This document shows positions 63,924-64,000 of a DNA stretch of 64,000 nucleotides, in pieces. The position numbers and the translations under genes are program-made. This DNA is from Alphaproteobacteria bacterium (lineage in GTDB: Bacteria > Pseudomonadota > Alphaproteobacteria > Bin95). The DNA is taken from positions 4,544,001 through 4,608,000 of the forward strand of contig CBDBGH010000003.1 of assembly GCA_965205265.1 (NCBI GenBank). Reading direction: 5' to 3'. Each line of letters starts with the position of its first letter. The first letter of the stretch is position 1. The notes beneath the pieces are model-generated. The model ran no database searches. It was given only the letters and a program-made list of their open reading frames with translations, and was not told the DNA's origin.

Positions 63924-64000
63924 ATGCGCTTCGCCGTGGTCGCGGTCGGCCGGATGCGCGGCGATCCGGCGGCGGCGCTGTTCGAACGCTACCGCAAGCG
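63924..64000 (+). CDS. rlmH: 23S rRNA pseudouridine-1915 methyltransferase (5' part)
   Basis: MRFAVVAVGRMR...LFERYRKR directly after rsfS; conserved gene order. Confidence 0.8.
   Translation, partial: MRFAVVAVGRMRGDPAAALFERYRK

Overview
GC-rich chromosomal segment, apparently alphaproteobacterial (inferred from gene order and protein sequences). It runs from rpoA-rplQ at the left edge to tRNA-Ser(CGA) and rplU-rpmA-obgE-proB-proA-nadD/rsfS-rlmH at the right edge. Between them lie an N-methylglutamate-type methylamine cluster (ggt-glxBCD/mgsABC-glnT/gmaS), housekeeping genes (gloB, argG, rlmN, pcm, dacB), many catabolic enzymes (two TauD-like and one PhyH-like Fe/2OG dioxygenases, a flavin monooxygenase, a mesaconyl-CoA isomerase-like transferase, hydrolases), two TRAP systems, an IS630 element and a decayed accessory region beside the tRNA. 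The most striking structure is at 52094-56446. A 1916-bp IS1634-family element with 17-bp perfect terminal inverted repeats sits inside a fused glycine/sarcosine/dimethylglycine N-methyltransferase (betaine synthesis) gene with a 215-bp target duplication. A second identical copy has inserted into the first with a 91-bp duplication that regenerates the putative promoter and start codon, so both transposases stay intact. Also notable is an in-frame nadD-rsfS fusion. All calls come from reading the sequence and ORF track; no searches were run.
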